This document shows, one piece after another, positions 37,935 to 47,057 of a stretch of DNA of 64,000 nt (within the stretch, counting starts at the first letter, position 1; every line of letters starts with the position of its first letter). A program made the position numbers and the translations under genes. The notes below the pieces were generated by a model. The model was given only the letters and a program-made list of their open reading frames with translations. It had not been told where the DNA came from and did no database searches. The DNA is taken from sequence record MZ622713.1; one strand, written 5' to 3'.

Positions 37935-39266
37935 ATGATTCCTTTAGAGCTCAGTAACTTATTAGAGCAAGCTAAACTTAACGCGACATCTCCTGCACCT
38001 ATTGTCTATGATTTGGAGGGGATGTTCGTTACCCCGGAAAGTTACGTTGAGATAATCGGCATTGAACGTCTAACTGGATTAGGGAACTATGTCTCTAGTC
38101 GGAGTGATGACATACGAGTTCGTGTCCGTATCCAACCCGGGGTTTACCAACGTCACGTACTGCCCTTCAAAGACGACTTGCAATTCGAGTTAATCACTAC
38201 CACGGATGCAGGGTCTAAGGTTCAGTACTATCGCTGCATCCCGTTGTCGATAAGTGACACGGAATCCTTGGGTAACACAACCAAAGAAATGGACCTCGGT
38301 ATTTATGATGACCTGAACTTCATCAGTCTGGATTTCCAGCTGCTCGACCTAGGGTTCTCTAAGCTGAGAACTATTCCTTATTCGGATGCTTTCCTATCGG
38401 CTAACGTTAAGGACGTATTGCATTACGCTTTAAGTACCGAGACCGCCGCTTTGGAACTTACGGGACAAGACCAGTTCCGAGGAGTGTTCATCGAAGAACC
38501 CGTGGACAACACCGTGGTGTATCGTCAGATTGTGTTCGCTCAAGGCAAGACGAACTTAATCAACGTCGCTCAGTATTTACAAGAAAACGATTATGGTGTG
38601 TACAGTCGAGGGATTGGTTCGTATTATAAACGAGGTGAGTGGCGCGTCTACACTTTATGGGATTCTGTAAAGTATGACTACAGTGACTATACGTTGGATA
38701 TAATCCGTGTGCCTGAGGATGTCATGCCGACCATCGAAGCTTCTTACTATTTGAACGACACTAACCTAAGTATCGTTTCAAGTGGACGAGGTGAACTTCG
38801 TAACTCAGTAGACATCCAGCTACAGAACAAAGGCACAGGTCAACAAATCATCTCTAGTAAAGCGGCTAACGGTATGACGGGCAGTCATTATGAGAAAGGT
38901 CAGGTGTTACTCACTCGACAAGACTCTTTGACTCAGTTCCGTACCGTGGAGCGTAAATCTGGAGAAGAACGTGTTAGCGTCAATCCTGTTCCTACCAATA
39001 ACACCGCCAGAGAGATCTCTAAGTTCAGAGCCAATAATGGTGAGATACTCACGGTCCCTTGGAAGAATGCAGATCATCGATTGATACGCCCGGGGATGCC
39101 TTTCCGTTACTACTACTTAACCTCAGAAGGTTACGTGAAGCAACGTACGGGTACAGTCATTGGTATGGCGTTTGACTACGCACCAAAAGACTCGTCTCCG
39201 CAATACTCGTTTTATTGTAATGTGAACCTGACCTTGTTTATGGGTTTGGAAGAACAATATGTTTAA
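37935..39266 (+). CDS. Baseplate hub-like protein (phiKZ gp101-like; T4 gp27/Mu gp44-type fold inferred)
   Basis: C-terminal LIRPGMPF...RTGTVIG barrel pattern typical of hub proteins; gene order. Confidence 0.55.
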   Translation: MIPLELSNLLEQAKLNATSPAPIVYDLEGMFVTPESYVEIIGIERLTGLGNYVSSRSDDIRVRVRIQPGVYQRHVLPFKDDLQFELITTTDAGSKVQYYRCIPLSISDTESLGNTTKEMDLGIYDDLNFISLDFQLLDLGFSKLRTIPYSDAFLSANVKDVLHYALSTETAALELTGQDQFRGVFIEEPVDNTVVYRQIVFAQGKTNLINVAQYLQENDYGVYSRGIGSYYKRGEWRVYTLWDSVKYDYSDYTLDIIRVPEDVMPTIEASYYLNDTNLSIVSSGRGELRNSVDIQLQNKGTGQQIISSKAANGMTGSHYEKGQVLLTRQDSLTQFRTVERKSGEERVSVNPVPTNNTAREISKFRANNGEILTVPWKNADHRLIRPGMPFRYYYLTSEGYVKQRTGTVIGMAFDYAPKDSSPQYSFYCNVNLTLFMGLEEQYV

Positions 39267-39267
39267 A

Positions 39268-39299
39268 AAGTACGGTGGGTAACCACCGTACTTATCTTT
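39268..39299 (+). terminator. Rho-independent terminator ending the structural operon
   Basis: AAGTACGGTGG-gtaa-CCACCGTACTT. Confidence 0.7.
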
Positions 39300-39311
39300 G
39301 CATTTAGATTT

Positions 39312-39328
39312 TTTCAAACCTATATAAC
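39312..39328 (+). promoter_or_regulatory. Putative early promoter
   Basis: TTTCAAACCTATATAAC, followed by the shared leader TTAACCTTAATAAGGAACACC. Confidence 0.7.
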
Positions 39329-39382
39329 TTACATGAAACTAATCCCAGTTTCTAATCATTAACCTTAATAAGGAACACCACC

Positions 39383-40909
39383 ATGTCTAAGAAAACCGAA
39401 AAGCCTACTTTGGACGCTGGCGAATACTTTGACCGTAAAGCGAGATTGATAGACAACACAATGAGCTTACAAGAAGGTCAGCATGAAAACATGAAACTCT
39501 TGGTTGGCACGGTTAATCGCCCTCGTACGGAAGGTCAAGCTGAAATCCGTTTAACTGAACCACTTAACATCGAATCATACATCAAGAACCATAAACCTGA
39601 GTCGGTTCACTGTTTGATCGATGGTCGTCCAGTGACCCCAGAAATGCTAGCAGAATTTGCAAAACCGGGGGACTTATTCCGCGTCATCATAGATGAGGAT
39701 TTTGCCAAACTGGAATTGATTAAACGGATGGGTTGTTGTGTTTACGCATTGGTCGGTAACCCAATGGAACTAGCGGACACGTTAGCGGAACAACTAAAGG
39801 CCAAGGAAGTGCATTTCTACCATGGTAACCAAGAGATTAGCTCGACAGTTATGTGCATGCATGTAAGGTCCGAAGATTCTTACATGGTGGAAGCGTTCGG
39901 TGGACGTATTAACATCACGCTATTGAACGGGGAAAAGAAACCTAAAGTGTTTCGAGTAGATGGGTCTGACTTTTTGGTCATCATGCGTTCTTTGTGGGTT
40001 GAGCATCTTAAAAGGGTGGAAGTTAAGAACCCGCTGACCGGATTAAAGAAACGTTCATTAACCACGGAATGCCGAAGCGGAAGACTGCTAGGGAATAGTA
40101 GTCGTTACTCTATCTACGGGCCACATATTGAGTTCTCCACTCGTATCGTGGAAGGGTTCATGACTGAGGAACGAACCGATCAACTTCGTGAGTTGGCTGA
40201 GGACCTAGAGTGTTACGTGGGGAACACTAAGTGTGATCTGGAAGAGTTTCTTCACATACTGGACGTTGATGACGTTTTGTTGTTACAGATCTTCACCAGT
40301 TCCGCTCGTTTGGTGATCAATCAAGCGGTGGGGGTTTTCCAGCACCCAGTCAAAGACATCACAGAAGAAACCAAAAAGATGACTCTGAGAAGAGCGAGTT
40401 CCATGCTCACTAACTCGACCTTTGGTGCTTTTGGAACTCCGTATACCCTAACTACTCCTAAGACCTACCTCGGTCCTAAAGCGGTGTCGGCTCAGGGGTT
40501 CATTAACTACCTAGACAAAGGTGATGTTTTGGTTTCTCATTCGTTGGGTGTTTCTTCAGCGATTAGTTGCACACGTGCGGATGAAGAAGATTATTCAGAG
40601 TCTAAGTTGTTAGTGAACTGCGATATCTATCCAACCAGCGAAGATGGAGTTTACACCGACTTACTCAAGAATGACTTCATTAGAGACATCTTGGATGGTT
40701 TGGTGCATCATGATGTGATCTTACCTAACTGGGAAGACCGAGCTAACCACAACATTCTTAAGCGGTCATCACCGTTTACTGACTATAAGCTTTCTGACCC
40801 TGTTTACGGACTGGATACGAAACACGCCCGTGCACGAGCAGAAGCGGAAGCTAAACAACCACGTCGAGAACTTTCACCATTAATGGCGCGCATGCTGAAG
40901 CGTCTTTAA
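39383..40909 (+). CDS. Hypothetical early protein
   Basis: 508-aa ORF with AAGGA RBS; no family recognised. Confidence 0.8.
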   Translation: MSKKTEKPTLDAGEYFDRKARLIDNTMSLQEGQHENMKLLVGTVNRPRTEGQAEIRLTEPLNIESYIKNHKPESVHCLIDGRPVTPEMLAEFAKPGDLFRVIIDEDFAKLELIKRMGCCVYALVGNPMELADTLAEQLKAKEVHFYHGNQEISSTVMCMHVRSEDSYMVEAFGGRINITLLNGEKKPKVFRVDGSDFLVIMRSLWVEHLKRVEVKNPLTGLKKRSLTTECRSGRLLGNSSRYSIYGPHIEFSTRIVEGFMTEERTDQLRELAEDLECYVGNTKCDLEEFLHILDVDDVLLLQIFTSSARLVINQAVGVFQHPVKDITEETKKMTLRRASSMLTNSTFGAFGTPYTLTTPKTYLGPKAVSAQGFINYLDKGDVLVSHSLGVSSAISCTRADEEDYSESKLLVNCDIYPTSEDGVYTDLLKNDFIRDILDGLVHHDVILPNWEDRANHNILKRSSPFTDYKLSDPVYGLDTKHARARAEAEAKQPRRELSPLMARMLKRL

Positions 40910-40959
40910 TTCAGCAAACTGATAACAACTGATCTTACAATTAATTTAAGGATATTTCC

Positions 40960-41364
40960 ATGACTATCAAGAAAGAAGGCACACTAAACCAAGTTCGCAT
41001 CTACGCTCTAGTTCAATTAAGCAGCTGGTTGTACCGCCACCATAAACAAAAGAGTATCAAAGCCATGGCATTAGACGCCAAGGTTTCTCCGACTACTCTC
41101 AGTGGGATTAAGAACGGTTCTATTAAGAGTATTTCTCTAAACCGTATCTTGACCATTATGGATAATTTGAACATCAACTATGCGGTTCAAATCGTTCGTC
41201 GCAAAGGCATCACACATTACTCATTCCAAATGGATGTTTATAACGTTCGTAAGTCTGATTCGAGAGAGCCAGAACGTGAATACGTAAACGAGTACAATGA
41301 GATGCACGGTCATTACCAACGCAATGAACTTAAAGGTAAAGCCAACAACGTCGCTTACATTTAA
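40960..41364 (+). CDS. XRE/Cro-type helix-turn-helix DNA-binding protein
   Basis: SIKAMALDAKVSPTTLSGIKNG...ISLNRILTIMDNL fits the HTH_3 pattern. Confidence 0.75.
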   Translation: MTIKKEGTLNQVRIYALVQLSSWLYRHHKQKSIKAMALDAKVSPTTLSGIKNGSIKSISLNRILTIMDNLNINYAVQIVRRKGITHYSFQMDVYNVRKSDSREPEREYVNEYNEMHGHYQRNELKGKANNVAYI

Positions 41365-41370
41365 ACTAAA

Positions 41371-41415
41371 ACACTCAGGGGTCCTTCGGGGCTCCTGAGT
41401 GTGGAGTTATTTTTT
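41371..41415 (+). terminator. Rho-independent terminator
   Basis: ACACTCAGGGGTCC-ttcg-GGGCTCCTGAGTGT followed by a T-tract. Confidence 0.75.
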
Positions 41416-41571
41416 ATGCTTTTAAGAGTAGAACCCATCCCTGAACTAACACACCGTCGTCCTAATCCAGCTTTGCCTAATAAACGCCCTAAGCGCAACG
41501 TAGAGCAACAGAAAGACTTCCAGAGTGTGTTAGCTCAAGTTATGAAAGATAAAGCTATTAAAGGAGCTTAG
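41416..41571 (+). CDS. Small basic 51-aa protein, missing from the ORF track
   Basis: MLLRVEPIPELTHRRPNPALPNKRPKRNVEQQKDFQSVLAQVMKDKAIKGA; GGAG 9 nt upstream; fills the gap up to the next gene. Confidence 0.55.
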   Translation: MLLRVEPIPELTHRRPNPALPNKRPKRNVEQQKDFQSVLAQVMKDKAIKGA

Positions 41572-41574
41572 ATC

Positions 41575-41880
41575 ATGTTTAATTGGTTTAAAAAGAAAAA
41601 GCCGGCTTTCTGTTATGAGAATGTCGCACGACTATCCCATTACCTTAGTCCAGAAGACGAGGTACATCTTCGTATTACTCGTATCAAAGATTTGTATTAC
41701 GTCCACGCTTACGACTGGTTCCAATGGTCGGATGGTTCTTGGTACAACGAGTATCTCACTTTGGTTGAAGATCAACTAATGATTGATATTCTAAAGCAAC
41801 ACAATTGTGAGTTTAAGATCTCTAAACTAAACTCACTCATAGGCGGCGTCCTTCTACTGGACGAATTCAAACAAAATTAA
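41575..41880 (+). CDS. Hypothetical protein
   Basis: AAGGAG RBS; 101 aa, aromatic-rich. Confidence 0.75.
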   Translation: MFNWFKKKKPAFCYENVARLSHYLSPEDEVHLRITRIKDLYYVHAYDWFQWSDGSWYNEYLTLVEDQLMIDILKQHNCEFKISKLNSLIGGVLLLDEFKQN

Positions 41881-42085
41881 ATTATTTTCTTACTGTAAAA
41901 GTTATCCTAATGGGGGAGGGGGAAAGAGTTAAAAAAATCGAAGATAATTTAATTAATATATTAAGTTAAATATACCTTAGAGTATGTATGACATTACGAA
42001 GTGATGGAGTACATACGGTGAGTATTACGGAGTAATACGGATAAAGGTTATTTAACATATACTCCCATCTAAAGGTCTTTAGACC

Positions 42086-42958
42086 ATGACAACAACTGAC
42101 AACAAAGAGAACATTACCATGACTAAACTAACATATGTACAACGCTTTGCTACTCGTTTCGAAAAGAAGATCATGAAACAAACGCCAGAGCTAATCAAAC
42201 TATACCAACGCGTTGCTAATCACGATTATTATTACGATTACTGTGATGCCATTTCTGGGTGGCGAGCTGGTTTAGAGAGCGAACAAGATATCCTGAGCCA
42301 ACTGGATAAAATTAAAGAACACGAACATTATCCTATTCTTCAAACCTTGTGGTCAAATAAAGGTGATAAGGAAACTATCAAAGATAATAATCCTTTCGAA
42401 GCATGGTTGGAGAAATACCACGATGCTTCTATGGAAATGTATCGTTTCTTAGAGCAACTTGATCGTTTGGAAATGACTGATGAGAAACTCGCTCGTGCTA
42501 TTCGAGCAATGCGTTACGTCGCTAAGTTCTTAGTGGAAGAAAGCAAAGTTGAGTATCGTGTTCATAACTACTACCCTAAACTCGTCTACACTAAACCTCT
42601 GGGTGATAAATCCGTTGGTAAGAAGTTCGTCGATAAAACTTCCCTACCTAACAAGCTTCAATGTATTTTGAACTTGTTGGCTACACAAGTCGAGATGTAT
42701 GACTTCGACTGTCTTGGTGAGCTAAGTCCTTTCTTGGGTACGTTTGATACGGTTAGATTTGATCCGGAAGTGGAAACTGAAGAACACTTGGCTTACATTA
42801 AGGGTTACCACTTTAAAACCGCTTATACGGTTAAAGGCAAACTAACGAGTGACATTCGTCGTATCCACTTGAGAGACCTTAACACTTTAACCAGAGTTAT
42901 CACTAACAAACAACCGGTTAAAGATCTTTACATTGCCAGCCCACAGGAGTTAGCATGA
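42086..42958 (+). CDS. Hypothetical protein with an HDYYYDY motif
   Basis: 290-aa ORF; start may instead be the ATG at 42119. Confidence 0.75.
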   Translation: MTTTDNKENITMTKLTYVQRFATRFEKKIMKQTPELIKLYQRVANHDYYYDYCDAISGWRAGLESEQDILSQLDKIKEHEHYPILQTLWSNKGDKETIKDNNPFEAWLEKYHDASMEMYRFLEQLDRLEMTDEKLARAIRAMRYVAKFLVEESKVEYRVHNYYPKLVYTKPLGDKSVGKKFVDKTSLPNKLQCILNLLATQVEMYDFDCLGELSPFLGTFDTVRFDPEVETEEHLAYIKGYHFKTAYTVKGKLTSDIRRIHLRDLNTLTRVITNKQPVKDLYIASPQELA

Positions 42959-43470
42959 GCGATACAACCACTCATTATGTCCGAGATTGGTTGACTAACG
43001 ACGAAGGCGCATTAAGTTGCGCCGAGTTCTTTATCAGACCATCTTACAATGGAAGGTTTTTCAATGTAGGATACAACATAAAGAACCGTCGAGTTGCGGG
43101 TGTTTTTAATATGTTGGATGCGGAGAACGGTCGTATTGTTGAAATTAAAGCACTCAACAATCACGTTCTACATATCAGCCAGCTTATTCAGACACTGGAC
43201 AAAGTGCATGACTTCTTAACCAAGTCTAGTAACGAGGTCTCCCGTCAACGTTCTTGGGTGATCGGTCATACAGACATTCATGATCAAGCTACTATCTCGG
43301 TTCAGCATCACTTTAAAGATTCATTTAAGATGATGTTCGTTGTTGGTTTGCAGAGTGCTTACTTTAATCTTGATGTTCAGGAAATGATTGACGTAGTGCT
43401 GACGATAAAAGATTTAGCGAAACAACACAATCGTGAATTATGTAAATTGGTGGCCTTATGCGCAAAATAG
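42955..43470 (+). CDS. Hypothetical protein
   Basis: GGAG RBS; ATGA overlap with the upstream gene. Confidence 0.75.
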   Translation: MSDTTTHYVRDWLTNDEGALSCAEFFIRPSYNGRFFNVGYNIKNRRVAGVFNMLDAENGRIVEIKALNNHVLHISQLIQTLDKVHDFLTKSSNEVSRQRSWVIGHTDIHDQATISVQHHFKDSFKMMFVVGLQSAYFNLDVQEMIDVVLTIKDLAKQHNRELCKLVALCAK

Positions 43471-43964
43471 CTAGACGTGAATTCTTGGGAGAAGCTGGTC
43501 TTAGCATGGTTGCTTATACTGCCAAGATCAACGACAACGATTTATTGACGATGTACTTTACTTTATTCATCAATAACAAGGACGTAACTTTACATCGGGA
43601 GGTGTCATTAAAGGACTATCCAAACCGTGAGTTAAATCTAGATTCGGCTTACGCTAAGATAGAACGTTTGATCAACGCCTTAAAAGAGTACATCACTTGG
43701 CTCCAAGATGGCCGTGTGGTGAATGATCACAGAGGTATCGGCGTATTGGTCGAACCTGATAACGGAGAGTACGTAGGGGAAACCAGCACTGCTCATTTAT
43801 GGGCACATGGTGATCAGGTAATATTCTCATTAACAAGTTGTGAGAATAAACTTAGAACCACTTACTCTCGTGAAGCAACAATTGAATTACTGACTACAAT
43901 CATCGGACACTTGGTCATCCATTTGAATGATGTTAAAACTTTGGCTGAAGAGTCAATCGATTAA
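43458..43964 (+). CDS. Hypothetical protein, possible paralog of the upstream gene
   Basis: Overlapping operon ORF with a similar strand-then-helix two-repeat layout. Confidence 0.75.
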   Translation: MRKIARREFLGEAGLSMVAYTAKINDNDLLTMYFTLFINNKDVTLHREVSLKDYPNRELNLDSAYAKIERLINALKEYITWLQDGRVVNDHRGIGVLVEPDNGEYVGETSTAHLWAHGDQVIFSLTSCENKLRTTYSREATIELLTTIIGHLVIHLNDVKTLAEESID

Positions 43965-43977
43965 AAAGGATTCCACC

Positions 43978-44382
43978 ATGACGAATTATCGTTCCCTCAT
44001 CGACCATTACCGTGCAGTGCTTGGATTAGGTCAAAAACTTAAACCTGTGGACATCAACCGTGTCTCACTTCATTTAACTCGACTGAACATTTCTGATAAG
44101 GATACCAGAGCGTTGTTCACCGTCGCTTATTACCACCTCAAAGCTCACACCCGTTTCAAAGAAGATAAAGTACAAGTCATCGCTTACACTTTATCTGAAG
44201 GTGTAAGACTGTTAGGTACTGGAGTGAGTAAAGAAAACGTACGTATGGAAATGATACGCATCCCGACCAAGTTTTTCTCTGAAGAATCTGATATTGTTAA
44301 TTCAGCAGATATCGCTTTAGATTACTTAGAGCGTATGATCAGTTCTGTGTCAGAAGCATTAAAAGAGGGGGCAGCGCTATGA
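43978..44382 (+). CDS. Hypothetical helical protein
   Basis: AAGGA RBS before the ATG at 43978, preferred over 43927. Confidence 0.75.
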   Translation: MTNYRSLIDHYRAVLGLGQKLKPVDINRVSLHLTRLNISDKDTRALFTVAYYHLKAHTRFKEDKVQVIAYTLSEGVRLLGTGVSKENVRMEMIRIPTKFFSEESDIVNSADIALDYLERMISSVSEALKEGAAL

Positions 44383-44825
44383 AGCTTTTCGTTAACATCT
44401 ATCAAGAATTCATGGCAGTGTTTTATAATCTGTTTTACCGCATTAACGCTGACCACGAAGTGTTCCGAGGTTACTTAACTCACTATCTGAGTTTACTCGG
44501 ACAAAAAGACGTTCACCAATTCTTACATAACGAACGTTTACAGCGCCAATTGGAGTTCGCTCAGTATCACAATTACGCGCACAATTACAAGGGAGCCGTG
44601 TTCATTGCTGGTTGCTGTTATGCTGAATACGTTTTGAAGTATTCTCATCACCATCAATGTTTGTCTTTTGGTCAGACACTGGCAGACGCTTTTATGCATC
44701 GCCATGAGATCGAGACAAAAACCAAGAGCATGATTGTCGAAGAAGCTATTGGGAGAAACGGATTAGCTAGTACGTCTAAGTTAATGCGTGATCTTAATAA
44801 AGCTCTGACCTTAATCATTACTTAA
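44379..44825 (+). CDS. Hypothetical protein
   Basis: GAGGGG RBS; ATGA overlap. Confidence 0.75.
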   Translation: MKLFVNIYQEFMAVFYNLFYRINADHEVFRGYLTHYLSLLGQKDVHQFLHNERLQRQLEFAQYHNYAHNYKGAVFIAGCCYAEYVLKYSHHHQCLSFGQTLADAFMHRHEIETKTKSMIVEEAIGRNGLASTSKLMRDLNKALTLIIT

Positions 44826-44839
44826 TAGGAATAAGCCAC

Positions 44840-45172
44840 ATGCTTAAAGAAATCATTTCTGCCCTTCGCAGCAAACTAGAAGAAACAGGGACATTGGACG
44901 TAGAACACTTTGACGATGATTCTGTATTGGTCTTAGGGATCCAATCTGTTCTGCCTCATGAGTGTCTGCATCCGGACGGACGTTTCTTAAATCTAATGGC
45001 CTGTGTGTTATCAGGTCAAATGGCTGCCGTAAAGGCCCTGACGTACAACGAGAGCAACATTAGAAACGTAATGTACTATCTGGACTTTCTTTACGAAACA
45101 ACGTTCTATGGCTACGTAGACGCTTCTGAAATAGAAGAACTAAAAGACCAAGTTATTTCTATCACTTTCTAA
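44840..45172 (+). CDS. Hypothetical acidic protein
   Basis: AGGA RBS; 110 aa. Confidence 0.75.
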   Translation: MLKEIISALRSKLEETGTLDVEHFDDDSVLVLGIQSVLPHECLHPDGRFLNLMACVLSGQMAAVKALTYNESNIRNVMYYLDFLYETTFYGYVDASEIEELKDQVISITF

Positions 45173-45183
45173 CCACCTAAATA

Positions 45184-45214
45184 TGTTCACACCTATATTA
45201 CTTGGGTGTGAACA
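45184..45214 (+). promoter_or_regulatory. Early promoter with an exact TATATTAC inside a 10-bp inverted repeat
   Basis: TGTTCACACC-TATATTACTTG-GGTGTGAACA, followed by the shared leader CTAACCTTTAATAAGGAACACC. Confidence 0.75.
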
Positions 45215-45249
45215 ATCCATATATCTAACCTTTAATAAGGAACACCATC

Positions 45250-47046
45250 ATGTTATCTAAAGACCTACAAGACCGTATCGTTGAACTAACCAAATCTAAC
45301 CTTAACAACTTCATCGAACAGTGCAACCTAGAAACTTACTTCGCTATCGTTGAACAAAAAGACGAGATCATCAAACAGATTGGTCGCTGGGAAGATTCAG
45401 TGCTGTTAGAGGTTTTCAACGAGCTGGTACAGCGCATGGAACTTTTCCATGTTTACCTGAGATTCTCCGGGTACCCTCATTTCCCTCAATGCCTAGTCCC
45501 TAATTCACAACAGAGCCTAATGGCCTGTGGCGTTGACATACTTACTAAAATCCACTGCCTGCCACCACACACAGCGGGTGTCATCATGCGTGCATTTTTA
45601 TTCAACCAACCATCGCCTAATCAACTGCCTTTAGAGATGAAGGCGCATCTGGCAAAATTCTACAGCAGTCAAAGCATGGAAGATATGTTCGAGGCTCTGT
45701 TCAATGCTTGTCTTGTTAATAACGAGACTAACACAGACTTCCTTCGTAAACTAACTTCTATTCAATCCCTCACTTATTTAAATGGCACAGGTTCTTTTGA
45801 AGACCAACAACGCGGACTTTTGATAGAAGGCTTTGTTAACAAAGTTCGTGCCGTCGTTTCGTTCGCATACGGCGGTGGTAACGTTGCCTTTGATCTTGGG
45901 AACGATTCTCCGCTGTACAGTCTAGCGTTAAACTCCTTATTCAAGTCTTTAATGGTGGCTGACATAAACGTCGCCACACAAGTTTTAGATTTGTTGTTGT
46001 TTAACAATAAACCAGCCATGGTGATCGAGCTTGACCCTAATCAGTTCTCTCGTTTGAAAACTTTAATTGAGTTCATGTCTTTGTCTGAGTCACATCACAC
46101 AAACATCAAAAACTCGATTAAGTGCTCAAATGCCATGAGTGGACCGATCAGCATTATGGGTCAACCTGTTCGTTACGGCTTCCAAAGTGTCTTATTGCTA
46201 GAGCAAGAGCTAACCGGTCTGTTTAACTCAGTAACTACTGGCATGTGGGTCACGCCGGAAGAACGCCAACATTACCTAAATCTTTATCTGAACTTCCACA
46301 CCAAAGATAAAGAGTACATGGTGATGAACTATTCCCGCAATGACCTGAGCAAACTGGACCGTGTGATTCGTATTTTACTGGAACAAAATCCGGGTAAATA
46401 CAACTCTGTACTAGAAGCGCTCACTTGCTGGCACGGCATTAAAGTTGAACACACCCATCGTTTTGATACCGGTCGTCGTAACGCTACATTAGAAACTTTG
46501 GTTCAGTCTGCAAAATTGGAAGCGTATGCGATATTGGAAAAGCACACCGCTTTCTTATTCGAGAACCGTAAATTGACACATGACGAACTTGAGAAAGTGA
46601 AATCATGTTGTGGTGTTCAAGAGTATCGTTTAGCTCTGAGCATGTTGGAACTTGAGACTCCAGATATTGATCTTTCTTCAGAACCATCAAAAGAACCAGT
46701 TATGTTCACTCCAGTGCAACTCAAGGTCGATAACATCGATGATGCATGTAAAGTGGCAAAATTTGTTTTTGATAGTCTAGAAGACAAAGTACTGTACCAA
46801 GGTGGTGATCTTAACAACGTGTTCCGTCGTTACTTGGAAGCACGTGAAGTGAATTTCTCTACATTGGTTTACGGGCTTTCTTTATTGTTCACCAATAAAG
46901 AGTATCAATTGTTCGCTAATCGTATTACAAAGGTGTACGAAGATATGGTAACGAACAACAGTCCTCAATTCTCAGCAACGGACTTAGATGCTAAGATTGC
47001 GGAAGCTTTGTATAAAGCTCTAACCCCAACTAACGCAGGACATTAA
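45250..47046 (+). CDS. Hypothetical early helical protein
   Basis: 598-aa ORF with AAGGA RBS; no family recognised. Confidence 0.8.
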   Translation: MLSKDLQDRIVELTKSNLNNFIEQCNLETYFAIVEQKDEIIKQIGRWEDSVLLEVFNELVQRMELFHVYLRFSGYPHFPQCLVPNSQQSLMACGVDILTKIHCLPPHTAGVIMRAFLFNQPSPNQLPLEMKAHLAKFYSSQSMEDMFEALFNACLVNNETNTDFLRKLTSIQSLTYLNGTGSFEDQQRGLLIEGFVNKVRAVVSFAYGGGNVAFDLGNDSPLYSLALNSLFKSLMVADINVATQVLDLLLFNNKPAMVIELDPNQFSRLKTLIEFMSLSESHHTNIKNSIKCSNAMSGPISIMGQPVRYGFQSVLLLEQELTGLFNSVTTGMWVTPEERQHYLNLYLNFHTKDKEYMVMNYSRNDLSKLDRVIRILLEQNPGKYNSVLEALTCWHGIKVEHTHRFDTGRRNATLETLVQSAKLEAYAILEKHTAFLFENRKLTHDELEKVKSCCGVQEYRLALSMLELETPDIDLSSEPSKEPVMFTPVQLKVDNIDDACKVAKFVFDSLEDKVLYQGGDLNNVFRRYLEAREVNFSTLVYGLSLLFTNKEYQLFANRITKVYEDMVTNNSPQFSATDLDAKIAEALYKALTPTNAGH

Positions 47047-47057
47047 ATCTACTAAAC

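Noticed and set aside
39605-39695. ThiS/ubiquitin-like pattern CLIDGRPV...KPGDLFRVII in the 39383 product
   Set aside because: Short resemblance only; there is no C-terminal GG and no conjugation enzymes nearby.
44915-44990. HECLH (HExxH) in the 110-aa protein at 44840
   Set aside because: The motif is flanked by prolines on both sides, which is incompatible with the zincin active-site helix, and no clear third ligand is evident.
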